Shown piece after piece: positions 7,960-15,826 of a stretch of 64,000 nucleotides of DNA. Under the pieces are notes generated by a model. The model saw only the letters and a program-made list of their open reading frames with translations, was not told where the DNA came from and did not search any database. Within the stretch, counting starts at the first letter, position 1. Every line of letters begins with the position of its first letter. A program made the translations under genes and the position numbers. The DNA lies in the NCBI GenBank assembly GCA_964546845.1, contig CAZJMY010000424.1:23672-87671 (forward strand). The letters are read 5' to 3'. The stretch is from an uncultured Myxococcales bacterium (GTDB lineage: Bacteria > Myxococcota_A > Polyangia > Fen-1088).

Positions 7960-8472
7960 TCAGTGCGCTTCGGTCCCCGTGAGGGCGGCCCGCGTCTCCT
8001 CGATGCTCTTCTGCCGCGACTCGGGGTGCTCGGCAACATACAGGTCGAGGAGCCGGTGCAGTGTGTGCCGTTCGGCGGGTGTCATCCGATGTTCGGGGTG
8101 CTTCTTCGGCGCGGCCTCCGCCGGTTCCTTGCGCGCGGGCAGGGCAGCGCGATCTTCCCCGGCTTCGGCGGCTCTCTCCTTGCGGCCCGCCGCCTCGGCC
8201 TTCTTGGTTTCGAGCTCGATCTCCTTCTCGAGCTGTTTGGCGCGCTTCTCATCGCAGCCCTTCGGCTCGCAATCGCCTGGACACCCGCACTTCGCCTTTC
8301 GGTCGCAGTAGCACGATCCGGCGGAATCCTTGCGACATCCGCAGGCGTTCACGCCTTCGTTTGGTTCGGCTGCCCGGGCGGGGTTGGCGCACGCGACAGC
8401 CGTCACTATGCCGGCAACGACGAGGAGCGGAAATGCGATCGAACCTGATCCTCCAGCGAGTCTATCGGTCAT
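7960..8472 (-). CDS. secreted or lipid-anchored Cys-cluster (metallothionein-like) protein with Lys/Glu-rich helix and His-rich tail
   Basis: Signal-like N-terminus ending VTAVAC. Nine Cys within ~32 aa (ACGCRKDSAGSCYCDRKAKCGCPGDCEPKGC). The start overlaps the RND gene stop by 11 nt. Confidence 0.6.
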   Translation of the reverse strand: MTDRLAGGSGSIAFPLLVVAGIVTAVACANPARAAEPNEGVNACGCRKDSAGSCYCDRKAKCGCPGDCEPKGCDEKRAKQLEKEIELETKKAEAAGRKERAAEAGEDRAALPARKEPAEAAPKKHPEHRMTPAERHTLHRLLDLYVAEHPESRQKSIEETRAALTGTEAH

Positions 8473-11400
8473 GTTGGTCTCCCCCTTCTGTTGGTGCCCC
8501 GCCGTCGACGGTTCTTGGTCGGCGATTTGCGAGGGCGTAAACGGCCGGAAACAGGAGCAGCGTCAGCGCGGTCGCCGTGATGAGGCCACCGATGACGACC
8601 GTGGCCAGGGGGCGCTCGACCTCGCTCCCCGGCGCGGTCGACAGCGCCATCGGGACGAAGCCGAGCGCCGCCACAAGTGCCGTCATCAGCACGGGACGGA
8701 GGCGCATCTCGGCCGCCTGTGCGATGGCATCGCGCGGTGACATGCCCCGTTCCTGCAAGTGGAGGCAGAACGACACCAGCACCAGCCCGTTCAAGACGGC
8801 GACGCCGAACAGCGCGATGAACCCGACGCCCGCTGAAATACTGAACGGGATGTCGCGCGCCAAAAGTGCCAGCACGCCGCCCACCGCGGCGAAAGGGATG
8901 TTGGCGAACACCAGCAGGGCCGGCTTGACCCTGCCGAAGGCCAACCAGAGGAGAAACACGATCAGTCCAAGTGCGAGCGGGACGACGATCGCCAGGCGCG
9001 CCCGGGCCGACGCGTAGTTCTTGAACTGGCCGCCCCATTCGACGCGGTAACCACCGGGGAGTTTCACCTTGGCGTCGACGGCGGCGCGTGCCTCCTCGAC
9101 TGCCGACACCACGTCGCGCCCCCGGACGTTGAACTCGACATTGAGCCGCCGGGACTGCTTGTCGCGGTTCACGAGCGCCGGGCCTGTCTCGAGTACCACG
9201 TCGGCGACGTCGCCCAGCGGGACGATCTGGCCGAGCGTCGACTTCAGGGGGAGGGCGCGCACGACGTCCAGGCTTCCCTGATAATCGAGGGCGGTGCGCA
9301 CGACCATCGCGAACCGGCGGTCTTTCTCGAATACCTCCCCGACGGTTCGCCCGACCGCCATCGTCTCGGTCACCGTGTTCACGTCCTCGACGGTGAGGCC
9401 GTAGCGCGCGAGCCGCGCGCGGTCCGGGCGGATCCTCAGGTAGGTGAGGCCGGCTCCCTGCTCGGCGCGGACGTCCACGACGCCCTGGATGCGCTCCAGC
9501 GCGGATACGGTCTCGCCCCCGAGTTGCTGGAGCTTGTCGAGATCCGGGCCGTAGATCTGCGCAGCGGCATCGGATCGGACGCCTGCGATGAGCTCGTTCG
9601 TCCGCATCTGGATCGGCTGCGACACGGCGGCCGACATCTCCGGCACCTCTCGCTCAACCCTCTCGGAGACCTCGCGCGCGAGCGCGGCCTTCGTCAGCCC
9701 GGAACGCCACTCGGCGCGCGGCTTGAGGAGGATGTAGACGTCGCTCTGCTCCATGCCCATCGGGTCCGTCGCGACTTCGGGCGCGCCCGCCCGCGCGACG
9801 ACGTGCTCTACCTCCGCGATGCCGGCGAGGGCGCGTTCCAACCGACTGTCGGTGGCGACCGTTTCGCTGAGCGCGATTCCGGGCAAGCGCCGCGCCTCCA
9901 GCAGGAGATCGCCTTCGTCGAGCTGCGGGACGAACTCGGCGCCGAGGCGCGACAGCAGCGCCCCTCCCGCCGCGAGCACGACCAGCCCTGCGGCAAGCGT
10001 GATCGAGGGCCGGGCCAGGACGCGCCGGAGCGCGGGCGTGTAGCCGCGGTGGGCCTGGCGCATCAGCCAGGTGTCGTGGCTGCCGCGCGCGGGCCTCAGG
10101 AACCGACTGGCCAGCACCGGCACCAGCGTCACCGACAAGATGAACGCTCCGGCGAGCGCGTAGAGCACGGTCAGCGCCATCGGATGAAACAGCTTTCCTT
10201 CGATGCCGCGGAGGGCGAGGATCGGAAGGTAGACGATGCCGATGATCACCGTTCCGAACACGCTGGCGCCCAGCACCTCCACGGAGGCATCTTTGACGAT
10301 GCCAGGCCGCTGGCCGGCCTCCAGGTCGCTCCCCTTGTCGCGCTGAGCCTCCGCCAGGCGCCGGACGGCGTTCTCGACGATGATGACGGCGCCGTCGACG
10401 ATGAGGCCGAAGTCGATGGCGCCGAGGCTCATCAGGTTGCCCGATGCGCCGGTCAGCGACATGACCGTGACGGCGAACAGCATCGACAGCGGGATCGTGC
10501 AGGCGACGATCAGGCCGGCCCGAACGTCCCCGAGCAGGACGAGCAACACGATCACGACCAGCCCGGCGCCTTCGGCGAGGTTCCTCGCCACGGTCTTTAT
10601 GGTTCGACTCACCAGCTCCGAACGATCATAGAAGGGCTCGACGGTGATGCCCGCGGGGAGGGTCCGGCGCAGTTCCTCGAGCCGTGCTTTCACGCGCTCG
10701 GTGACGACACGCGAGTTCTCGCCCATCAGCATCAGCGCGACGCCCACGACCACCTCGCCCTTGCCGTCCATGGTCGCGGCGCCGCGGCGCAGCCGGGGAC
10801 CAAACCGTACGTCGCCGACGTTGGCGACGGTGATGGGCACGCCCTGCGGAGTCGTGCCCACCACGACGGACTCGAGGTCGGCCAGGCTGGTCACCAGGCC
10901 GACGGTCCCGATGACCACCTGTTCGCGGTTGTGCTCGATGTAGCCGCCGCCGGCGTTGGCATTGGCGCGCTCGAGCGCGTGAATGACCTCTCCGACGGAG
11001 AGGCTGGCGGCCTGCAGGCGCTTCGGATCGATGACGACCTGGTATTGCTTGTCCTCGCCCCCGAAGCTGTTGACCTCGACGACGCCGGGAACGGTACGGA
11101 GCTGCGGGCCGATGTACCAGTCGAGCGTCTCCTCGAGCTCCATGAGCGTGTGCCCCTCGCCCCGGACCACGAACTGAAAGACCTCGCCGAGACCGGTCGC
11201 GATCGGCCCCATCTGCGGCCGTCCGTACGCGGCCGGCACGGCATCCTCGGCCTCGCGCATGCGCTCGAGGACCATCTGGCGAGCGAAGTAGATGTCGGTC
11301 CCGTCGTCGAACACGATGGTCACGACCGACAGGCCGTACTTCGAGATCGACCGGATCTCCGACACCTTGGGGATTCCCGCCATCGCGCGCTCGACAGGCA

Positions 11401-11605
11401 CCGTGACGTACTGCTCGACCTCCGTGGGGGCGAGCGCGGGAGCCGCCGTGATGACCTGAACCTGGATGTTGGTGATGTCCGGGACGGCATCGATGGGCAG
11501 GGTGATGGCCGACCGGACGCCGACAATGATCAGCAACAGCGCCCCCAGGATCACCAGGGCGCGGTGGCGGATCGACCATGCCACGATCGCGTTGAGAAGC
11601 GCCAC
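8462..11605 (-). CDS. czcA: HME-RND efflux pump, CzcA-type (divalent cation)
   Basis: GTG start at 11605, 1 nt after the upstream TGA (track ORF trimmed by 36 codons). TM4 signature DFGLIVDGAVIIVEN is typical of the HME1/2 (Czc) classes. 1047 aa. Confidence 0.92.
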   Translation of the reverse strand: MALLNAIVAWSIRHRALVILGALLLIIVGVRSAITLPIDAVPDITNIQVQVITAAPALAPTEVEQYVTVPVERAMAGIPKVSEIRSISKYGLSVVTIVFDDGTDIYFARQMVLERMREAEDAVPAAYGRPQMGPIATGLGEVFQFVVRGEGHTLMELEETLDWYIGPQLRTVPGVVEVNSFGGEDKQYQVVIDPKRLQAASLSVGEVIHALERANANAGGGYIEHNREQVVIGTVGLVTSLADLESVVVGTTPQGVPITVANVGDVRFGPRLRRGAATMDGKGEVVVGVALMLMGENSRVVTERVKARLEELRRTLPAGITVEPFYDRSELVSRTIKTVARNLAEGAGLVVIVLLVLLGDVRAGLIVACTIPLSMLFAVTVMSLTGASGNLMSLGAIDFGLIVDGAVIIVENAVRRLAEAQRDKGSDLEAGQRPGIVKDASVEVLGASVFGTVIIGIVYLPILALRGIEGKLFHPMALTVLYALAGAFILSVTLVPVLASRFLRPARGSHDTWLMRQAHRGYTPALRRVLARPSITLAAGLVVLAAGGALLSRLGAEFVPQLDEGDLLLEARRLPGIALSETVATDSRLERALAGIAEVEHVVARAGAPEVATDPMGMEQSDVYILLKPRAEWRSGLTKAALAREVSERVEREVPEMSAAVSQPIQMRTNELIAGVRSDAAAQIYGPDLDKLQQLGGETVSALERIQGVVDVRAEQGAGLTYLRIRPDRARLARYGLTVEDVNTVTETMAVGRTVGEVFEKDRRFAMVVRTALDYQGSLDVVRALPLKSTLGQIVPLGDVADVVLETGPALVNRDKQSRRLNVEFNVRGRDVVSAVEEARAAVDAKVKLPGGYRVEWGGQFKNYASARARLAIVVPLALGLIVFLLWLAFGRVKPALLVFANIPFAAVGGVLALLARDIPFSISAGVGFIALFGVAVLNGLVLVSFCLHLQERGMSPRDAIAQAAEMRLRPVLMTALVAALGFVPMALSTAPGSEVERPLATVVIGGLITATALTLLLFPAVYALANRRPRTVDGGAPTEGGDQHDR

Positions 11606-11606
11606 G

Positions 11607-12830
11607 TCACTCCTCCTCGCCGAACGTGCCCTTGAGGATCGCGCTCTTGAGGGTGAAGGTGCCGTCGACGACGACCTGTTCGCCCGCGCGCAGCCCGCCC
11701 AGGATCTCGACACGGCCCCCGGCCGATCGACCGACGGTCACGGGATGCAGCTCGAAGTCTCCGTCTGGCTGGCGAACGAAGACGGCGTCCTTGCCAGCGA
11801 TGCGCGTGACCGCCGAAAGAGGAACCACCACGCGCTTGGCGGGGACAGCGGCCGGCCCGACGACCACGCGCGCCGTACCGAAGAGCCCGACCTTGACGAG
11901 GTCAGCGTGATTGCTAACGAGCACGCGGGCGGTGACCGTCCGGGCCGCGGGATCGATCTGACGGCCGATGGTTTCGATCGAACCTTCGAACGTTTCGGCG
12001 GGATATGCGTTGAGGCGGACCTCCGCCCTGGCGCCGACCCTCACTCGAGCGAGATCCTTCTCGAATAGCCGGCCGAGGAAGTACACGTGGTCCAGATCGC
12101 CAATGACGGCGATGACGTGCTCCGGCTCGACCGTCTGGCCCTGGACGGCGTCTCGGCTCAGGACGAAGCCTGCCAGCGGCGAGCGGATGGCGACGCGGGC
12201 GCTTCCGCCCGCGGCCTGGTCGGCGCCCTGTCCGAACGCGCCTAGCGTCTGCTTTGCGGCGGCCACCTCGGCCTCGAGCGCGGCCGCTTCCGCCGCCGCC
12301 GCGGCGGTCTCCTGTCCCGCCGCCAGGTTCTTCGCCTCGAGGCTCTTCAGGCGGTCGGCGTTGAGCCGGGCGGCCCTCGCCCGCGCGGAGGCGGCCGCCA
12401 GGGTGGCGCGGGCGCGCGCCAGCTCGGGCGATTCAAGGATCGCGATGATCTGTCCCGCCTTCACGCGATCGCCCTCCTTCGCCTTCACGTCGATGACGCG
12501 GCCGGGGAGGCGAGCCGCAAGGCGGGCGGACCGGTCGGGGTCGGCGGCGATTTCGCCTGTCAGGTCCACGGTCCCGGGGAGGCTGTCAGAGGAGGCGGCG
12601 GCGGTCTTGATCCCCGCCGACTTCACGACGTCGGCCGCGAGCCGGACTTTCGTCGGCATCTCTTCGTGCCGCTCCGACTCGTCCTCGTGGTTGGGGCCGG
12701 CCGCCGTCGCCCTTGCGCCGCCGTATTTGGGCGCGGGCGCCCCTTCTGGGGCGCCCGTGCCCGAGCCCCCGCCGCGCGTGCATCCGATCAGCAGGACGGC
12801 TCCGAACGCCATGATTGCGAGCCCGTTCAT
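11607..12830 (-). CDS. czcB: RND membrane fusion protein (periplasmic adaptor)
   Basis: True ATG at 12830, in an ATGA overlap with the OMF stop. Signal/lipoprotein-like N-terminus MNGLAIMAFGAVLLIGC, coiled-coil hairpin and beta-barrel regions. The 797-aa track ORF is an artefactual extension. Confidence 0.88.
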   Translation of the reverse strand: MNGLAIMAFGAVLLIGCTRGGGSGTGAPEGAPAPKYGGARATAAGPNHEDESERHEEMPTKVRLAADVVKSAGIKTAAASSDSLPGTVDLTGEIAADPDRSARLAARLPGRVIDVKAKEGDRVKAGQIIAILESPELARARATLAAASARARAARLNADRLKSLEAKNLAAGQETAAAAAEAAALEAEVAAAKQTLGAFGQGADQAAGGSARVAIRSPLAGFVLSRDAVQGQTVEPEHVIAVIGDLDHVYFLGRLFEKDLARVRVGARAEVRLNAYPAETFEGSIETIGRQIDPAARTVTARVLVSNHADLVKVGLFGTARVVVGPAAVPAKRVVVPLSAVTRIAGKDAVFVRQPDGDFELHPVTVGRSAGGRVEILGGLRAGEQVVVDGTFTLKSAILKGTFGEEE

Positions 12831-14152
12831 CGGGGACCTCCCGCGGCTCCTGCGAGCGGCAGTCCCACCACACGACGGAGATCGACCCACGCGATCGCGC
12901 GGGCGAGCCGCAGGTCGATGTCGCCCTGCAAGAGCTCGATCAGGCTGCGCTGCCACTGCAGCGCTTCGCGTAGCGTCAGCTGACGCGCGACGATCGCTTC
13001 GCGCAGCGCGGAGAGATCGGCCTGCGCTCGCTTGATGAGATCGGTCGCGAACAGACCGGCGGCGGCGTCCCGGGCGCGAACCGCGGCGACCGCCCGCGCT
13101 ACCTCCAGTCGCACACGCCGACGAACCAGCTCCTCCGACGCTTCGGAGGCGTGGATCTGCGCCAGGATCTCCGAGATCTCGCCCGCGCGGGTTCGGCCGA
13201 CCGGCGCCGGCAGCGGAAGCGGGATGGCGAGCCCCAGGCCCATGATCCGATCGTTGATCTCGCCGCGTTCGAAGAACGCCGAGAGGGTGGGATTCGGCAC
13301 GCGCTCGCGCCGGACGAGCGCCAGGCGGCGCTCGAGCACCTGGCGCTCCATCTCGGCGGCGCCGATCTCGCCGCGCAGCCGAAGGGCTTGCTCGTCCAAG
13401 GGTCCGGCCGGCAAGGAAGTCTGCGGCGGGAGGAGCGTCGCAGGCAACGCGAGCGTGTCCGCTTGCACGCCCAGCGTGGAGGCCAACACCGCGCGCGCCT
13501 CGTCCAGACGCCGTCCGGCCTCGACGCGCGAAAGCCCGATCCGGGCCGCCTCCGCGCGCGCGACGTCGGCCTCCACGCCCGCGGCCAGCGCCTCCTTGGC
13601 CCGCCCTTCGGCGTATGCGGCCAGCGCGCCGGCGGTCCCGTCCAGTTGCGTTGCGAAACGAAGCGACTCCTGCGCGGCGACCGCTTCGTAGTAAGCGGCG
13701 AGCGCGCCAGCGGCCACCTCTTGCTCCGCGACCTCGACCTTGCGCGTCTGGACCGCGACCGCGATCTCCGCCTCGCCGACACGCGCCGCCCGTTGGCCGC
13801 CAATCTCGAGCTCCTGAGAGACGGTCACGTTCCAGTTCAGGACCGACGCCTGTTCGGGCTGGGGCCGGCGCCGGTTCGCCACATTGCCAGATATCGTCGG
13901 ATTGCTCGGGAGCAATACGCCTGCGGTCTCGCGCCGGCCCGCGGCCGCCTGCACTTGCGCGCGAGCAGCGCGGACGTCGGGGCTCGCCGCGAGCGCGCAA
14001 CGAACCACCGTGTCAGCATCTGCCGGACGGCTGCACACCGGCGCCAGCGCGGGGCCGCCCGGTTCGGAATCAGCAGGCGCGACCTGGCCGAAGGCCGCGC
14101 GCGTCCACGCGCCGGCGACGGCGAACGCCGCCACGATCATCATACGGTTCAT
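12827..14152 (-). CDS. czcC: TolC-like outer membrane factor
   Basis: Signal peptide, two-fold repeated helical OMF architecture, and first position in the OMF-MFP-RND operon. Confidence 0.88.
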   Translation of the reverse strand: MNRMMIVAAFAVAGAWTRAAFGQVAPADSEPGGPALAPVCSRPADADTVVRCALAASPDVRAARAQVQAAAGRRETAGVLLPSNPTISGNVANRRRPQPEQASVLNWNVTVSQELEIGGQRAARVGEAEIAVAVQTRKVEVAEQEVAAGALAAYYEAVAAQESLRFATQLDGTAGALAAYAEGRAKEALAAGVEADVARAEAARIGLSRVEAGRRLDEARAVLASTLGVQADTLALPATLLPPQTSLPAGPLDEQALRLRGEIGAAEMERQVLERRLALVRRERVPNPTLSAFFERGEINDRIMGLGLAIPLPLPAPVGRTRAGEISEILAQIHASEASEELVRRRVRLEVARAVAAVRARDAAAGLFATDLIKRAQADLSALREAIVARQLTLREALQWQRSLIELLQGDIDLRLARAIAWVDLRRVVGLPLAGAAGGPR

Positions 14153-14233
14153 GGTTCCCTCGCGTAATTGGGTCAGCGACTGCCGGGTCGGGACGCACCA
14201 CGCGCCCCAGACCTGCCGCCGCTCGGTGGATCG

Positions 14234-14566
14234 CTACGCGAGGGATTTCGGGACGTGCAGGATGTCGGCTGGTTCCGGCGAGGTGAAGCCGCCCGACGAG
14301 GAGATCCAAGAGCTCACCTGCGCGAGGGGGGCGACGAAGGCGACCGGCTCCGAGGCTGTCACCTGGGGGAGCGAGCAGCAACTGCACGAATGGCAGTTCG
14401 GCGGGCACTGCCCGCCCGAGAGATCCGTCGGGCACGGCTCGTCGCACTGCTCATCCCCGCAGAGCGCCGCCAGCCCGCTCACGTTGAACGTGAGCAGCGC
14501 GAGAAAGACGATTATCACGGCGCGCCGCACGAGGCGTGTATCCCACAACATCCGTGCGTTCGCCAC
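14234..14566 (-). CDS. small single-TM Cys-cluster protein (family member 1)
   Basis: N-terminal TM helix AVIIVFLALLTFNV followed by CGDEQCDEPCPTDLSGGQCPPNCHSCSCC. Sits at the head of the czc operon. Same architecture as 22760..23185 and 23872..24285. Confidence 0.5.
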   Translation of the reverse strand: MANARMLWDTRLVRRAVIIVFLALLTFNVSGLAALCGDEQCDEPCPTDLSGGQCPPNCHSCSCCSLPQVTASEPVAFVAPLAQVSSWISSSGGFTSPEPADILHVPKSLA

Positions 14567-14624
14567 CCAGCATCGCTAGCCGCGGCTCCCGCGGCGGTGA
14601 TTCCGCTACAATCAAAGCCAATCG

Positions 14625-14846
14625 ATGTTCGTCCGGGCTGGTCTCGTTGGGATCGCGCTCCTCCTCGTCGAGGGCACGGTCGTCGCCTGTCCGTTCTGCG
14701 GTGGCAAGGGCACCAACGGCTTGCTCGAGAATCTCATCCTGGTCGCCGCTCTCTGGTGGGGCGCGCGCTCTCTGCGGCGCTCGATGCAGCGGCGCCGGCT
14801 GCGGGAGCGCCCATCCGAGCCCGAAGGAACCGACGACGTGCAGTAG
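14625..14846 (+). CDS. small two-TM membrane protein with CPFCGG motif (tentative)
   Basis: Track ORF with high GC3 and two hydrophobic helices flanking ACPFCGGKG. No RBS or homologue recognised. Confidence 0.3.
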   Translation: MFVRAGLVGIALLLVEGTVVACPFCGGKGTNGLLENLILVAALWWGARSLRRSMQRRRLRERPSEPEGTDDVQ

Positions 14847-14849
14847 CCG

Positions 14850-15350
14850 TCAGCGGCGCCTCCGAGGCGATCGCGGGGAGCGGCGACGGCGGTGCTCGAC
14901 TACGGCGACCGCGACGCAGGCCATTGCGAGGATCGCTATCGATACGACCAACGCGGACCAGTCCCCGGCCGCCCCGTTCGATCGTTCGGACGCGAGCACC
15001 TGTTTTCCCTTGCGCGCCACGAGAGCGGCGACTACGGCCCGGTACGCGCTCTCCGCGGCGGCCGGCGACGACAGATCGCGACCGCGAAGAAGCTCTATCA
15101 TCTCTTTTCGTTCGCGTGCCGCGTCGGGGCAGTGGCAGGCGGACAGCGCAAGGCGCTCGCAACGATCGCAGAGGCAGACGAGATCGCCCCACAGCCGCCG
15201 TGCCACCGCGGCGGTCTGCGGATCGAGTTGCGACAGCTCGGCGGCAGCGGACGCGCCATGGTGATCGAGGTCGGACTCGGACGCAGCGGCGGGCGAGGCA
15301 GCGCTCAGGAAAGCGAGCAGCCCGACACCTACCCGCTGTGGGGTGCTCAC
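14850..15350 (-). CDS. CcmH/NrfF-like Cys-rich periplasmic protein with C-terminal TM anchor
   Basis: GTG start in a GTGA overlap with the cupredoxin gene stop. CLCDRCERLALSACHCPDAARERKEMIELL resembles the CcmH CxxC + helix pattern. C-terminal helix followed by an Arg-rich tail. Confidence 0.45.
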   Translation of the reverse strand: MSTPQRVGVGLLAFLSAASPAAASESDLDHHGASAAAELSQLDPQTAAVARRLWGDLVCLCDRCERLALSACHCPDAARERKEMIELLRGRDLSSPAAAESAYRAVVAALVARKGKQVLASERSNGAAGDWSALVVSIAILAMACVAVAVVEHRRRRSPRSPRRRR

Positions 15351-15817
15351 TGCACCTTTACCGTCCCTTTGAACATGTCCATCTTGCAAGCGTACTTGTT
15401 TTCGCCGGCCTTCGTGAACTTGGTCTTGATCGCGACGGGCTTGTTGAGCGGCAACGGCTTCTCGATCTTCTTCGAGCCGGTGTCGAGGACGACCTCCTTG
15501 ATGCAGGTCTGATCGGTCTTGCGCGTGAAGACGAGCTCGACGGGCTCGCCCTTCTTGACCTCGATGGTCGACGGCTCGAAGCCCTTGTCGGTGATGGCGA
15601 TCTCGACCTTCTCCGCGCCCTTCTTCGCTCCATCTTTGGCCTTCGCGTCCGAGGTGGGCGCGTCGGCCTTCTTGTCCATCTTCTCGGTCTTCTCGGCCTT
15701 GCCCTGGTCCATCTTCATCCCGCCCATGTCGTCGGCGGCGCCTGCCACGCGGGCGACGGTTCCGAGCGCGAAGGCGGTCAGCGAGATCAGCAGGGTGTTC
15801 TTGATTGTCCGGTTCAT
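15347..15817 (-). CDS. cupredoxin-like (EfeO-N/cupredoxin_1-type) periplasmic protein with Met/Lys-rich linker
   Basis: Signal peptide. VEIAITDKGFEPSTIEVKKGEPVELVFTRKTDQTC...YACKMDMFKGTVKV. Paralogue of 59991..60356. Confidence 0.7.
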   Translation of the reverse strand: MNRTIKNTLLISLTAFALGTVARVAGAADDMGGMKMDQGKAEKTEKMDKKADAPTSDAKAKDGAKKGAEKVEIAITDKGFEPSTIEVKKGEPVELVFTRKTDQTCIKEVVLDTGSKKIEKPLPLNKPVAIKTKFTKAGENKYACKMDMFKGTVKVQ

Positions 15818-15826
15818 GTTCAGCTC

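Noticed and set aside
9524-11635. 703-aa + strand ORF inside czcA, and similar ORFs at 17078..19276, 19515..21254, 48090..49427, 49788..51248 and 55034..55897
   Set aside because: All lie antisense or out of frame to strongly supported transporter or ATPase genes and translate to Arg/Asp/His/Gly-rich low-complexity sequence.
11607-14000. 797-aa track ORF that would make a giant adaptor protein
   Set aside because: The N-terminal ~390 aa are Arg/Gly/Ala-rich and overlap the OMF gene (12827..14152) in another frame. A proper ATG with a signal peptide at 12830 forms an ATGA overlap with the OMF stop, so only 11607..12830 is called.
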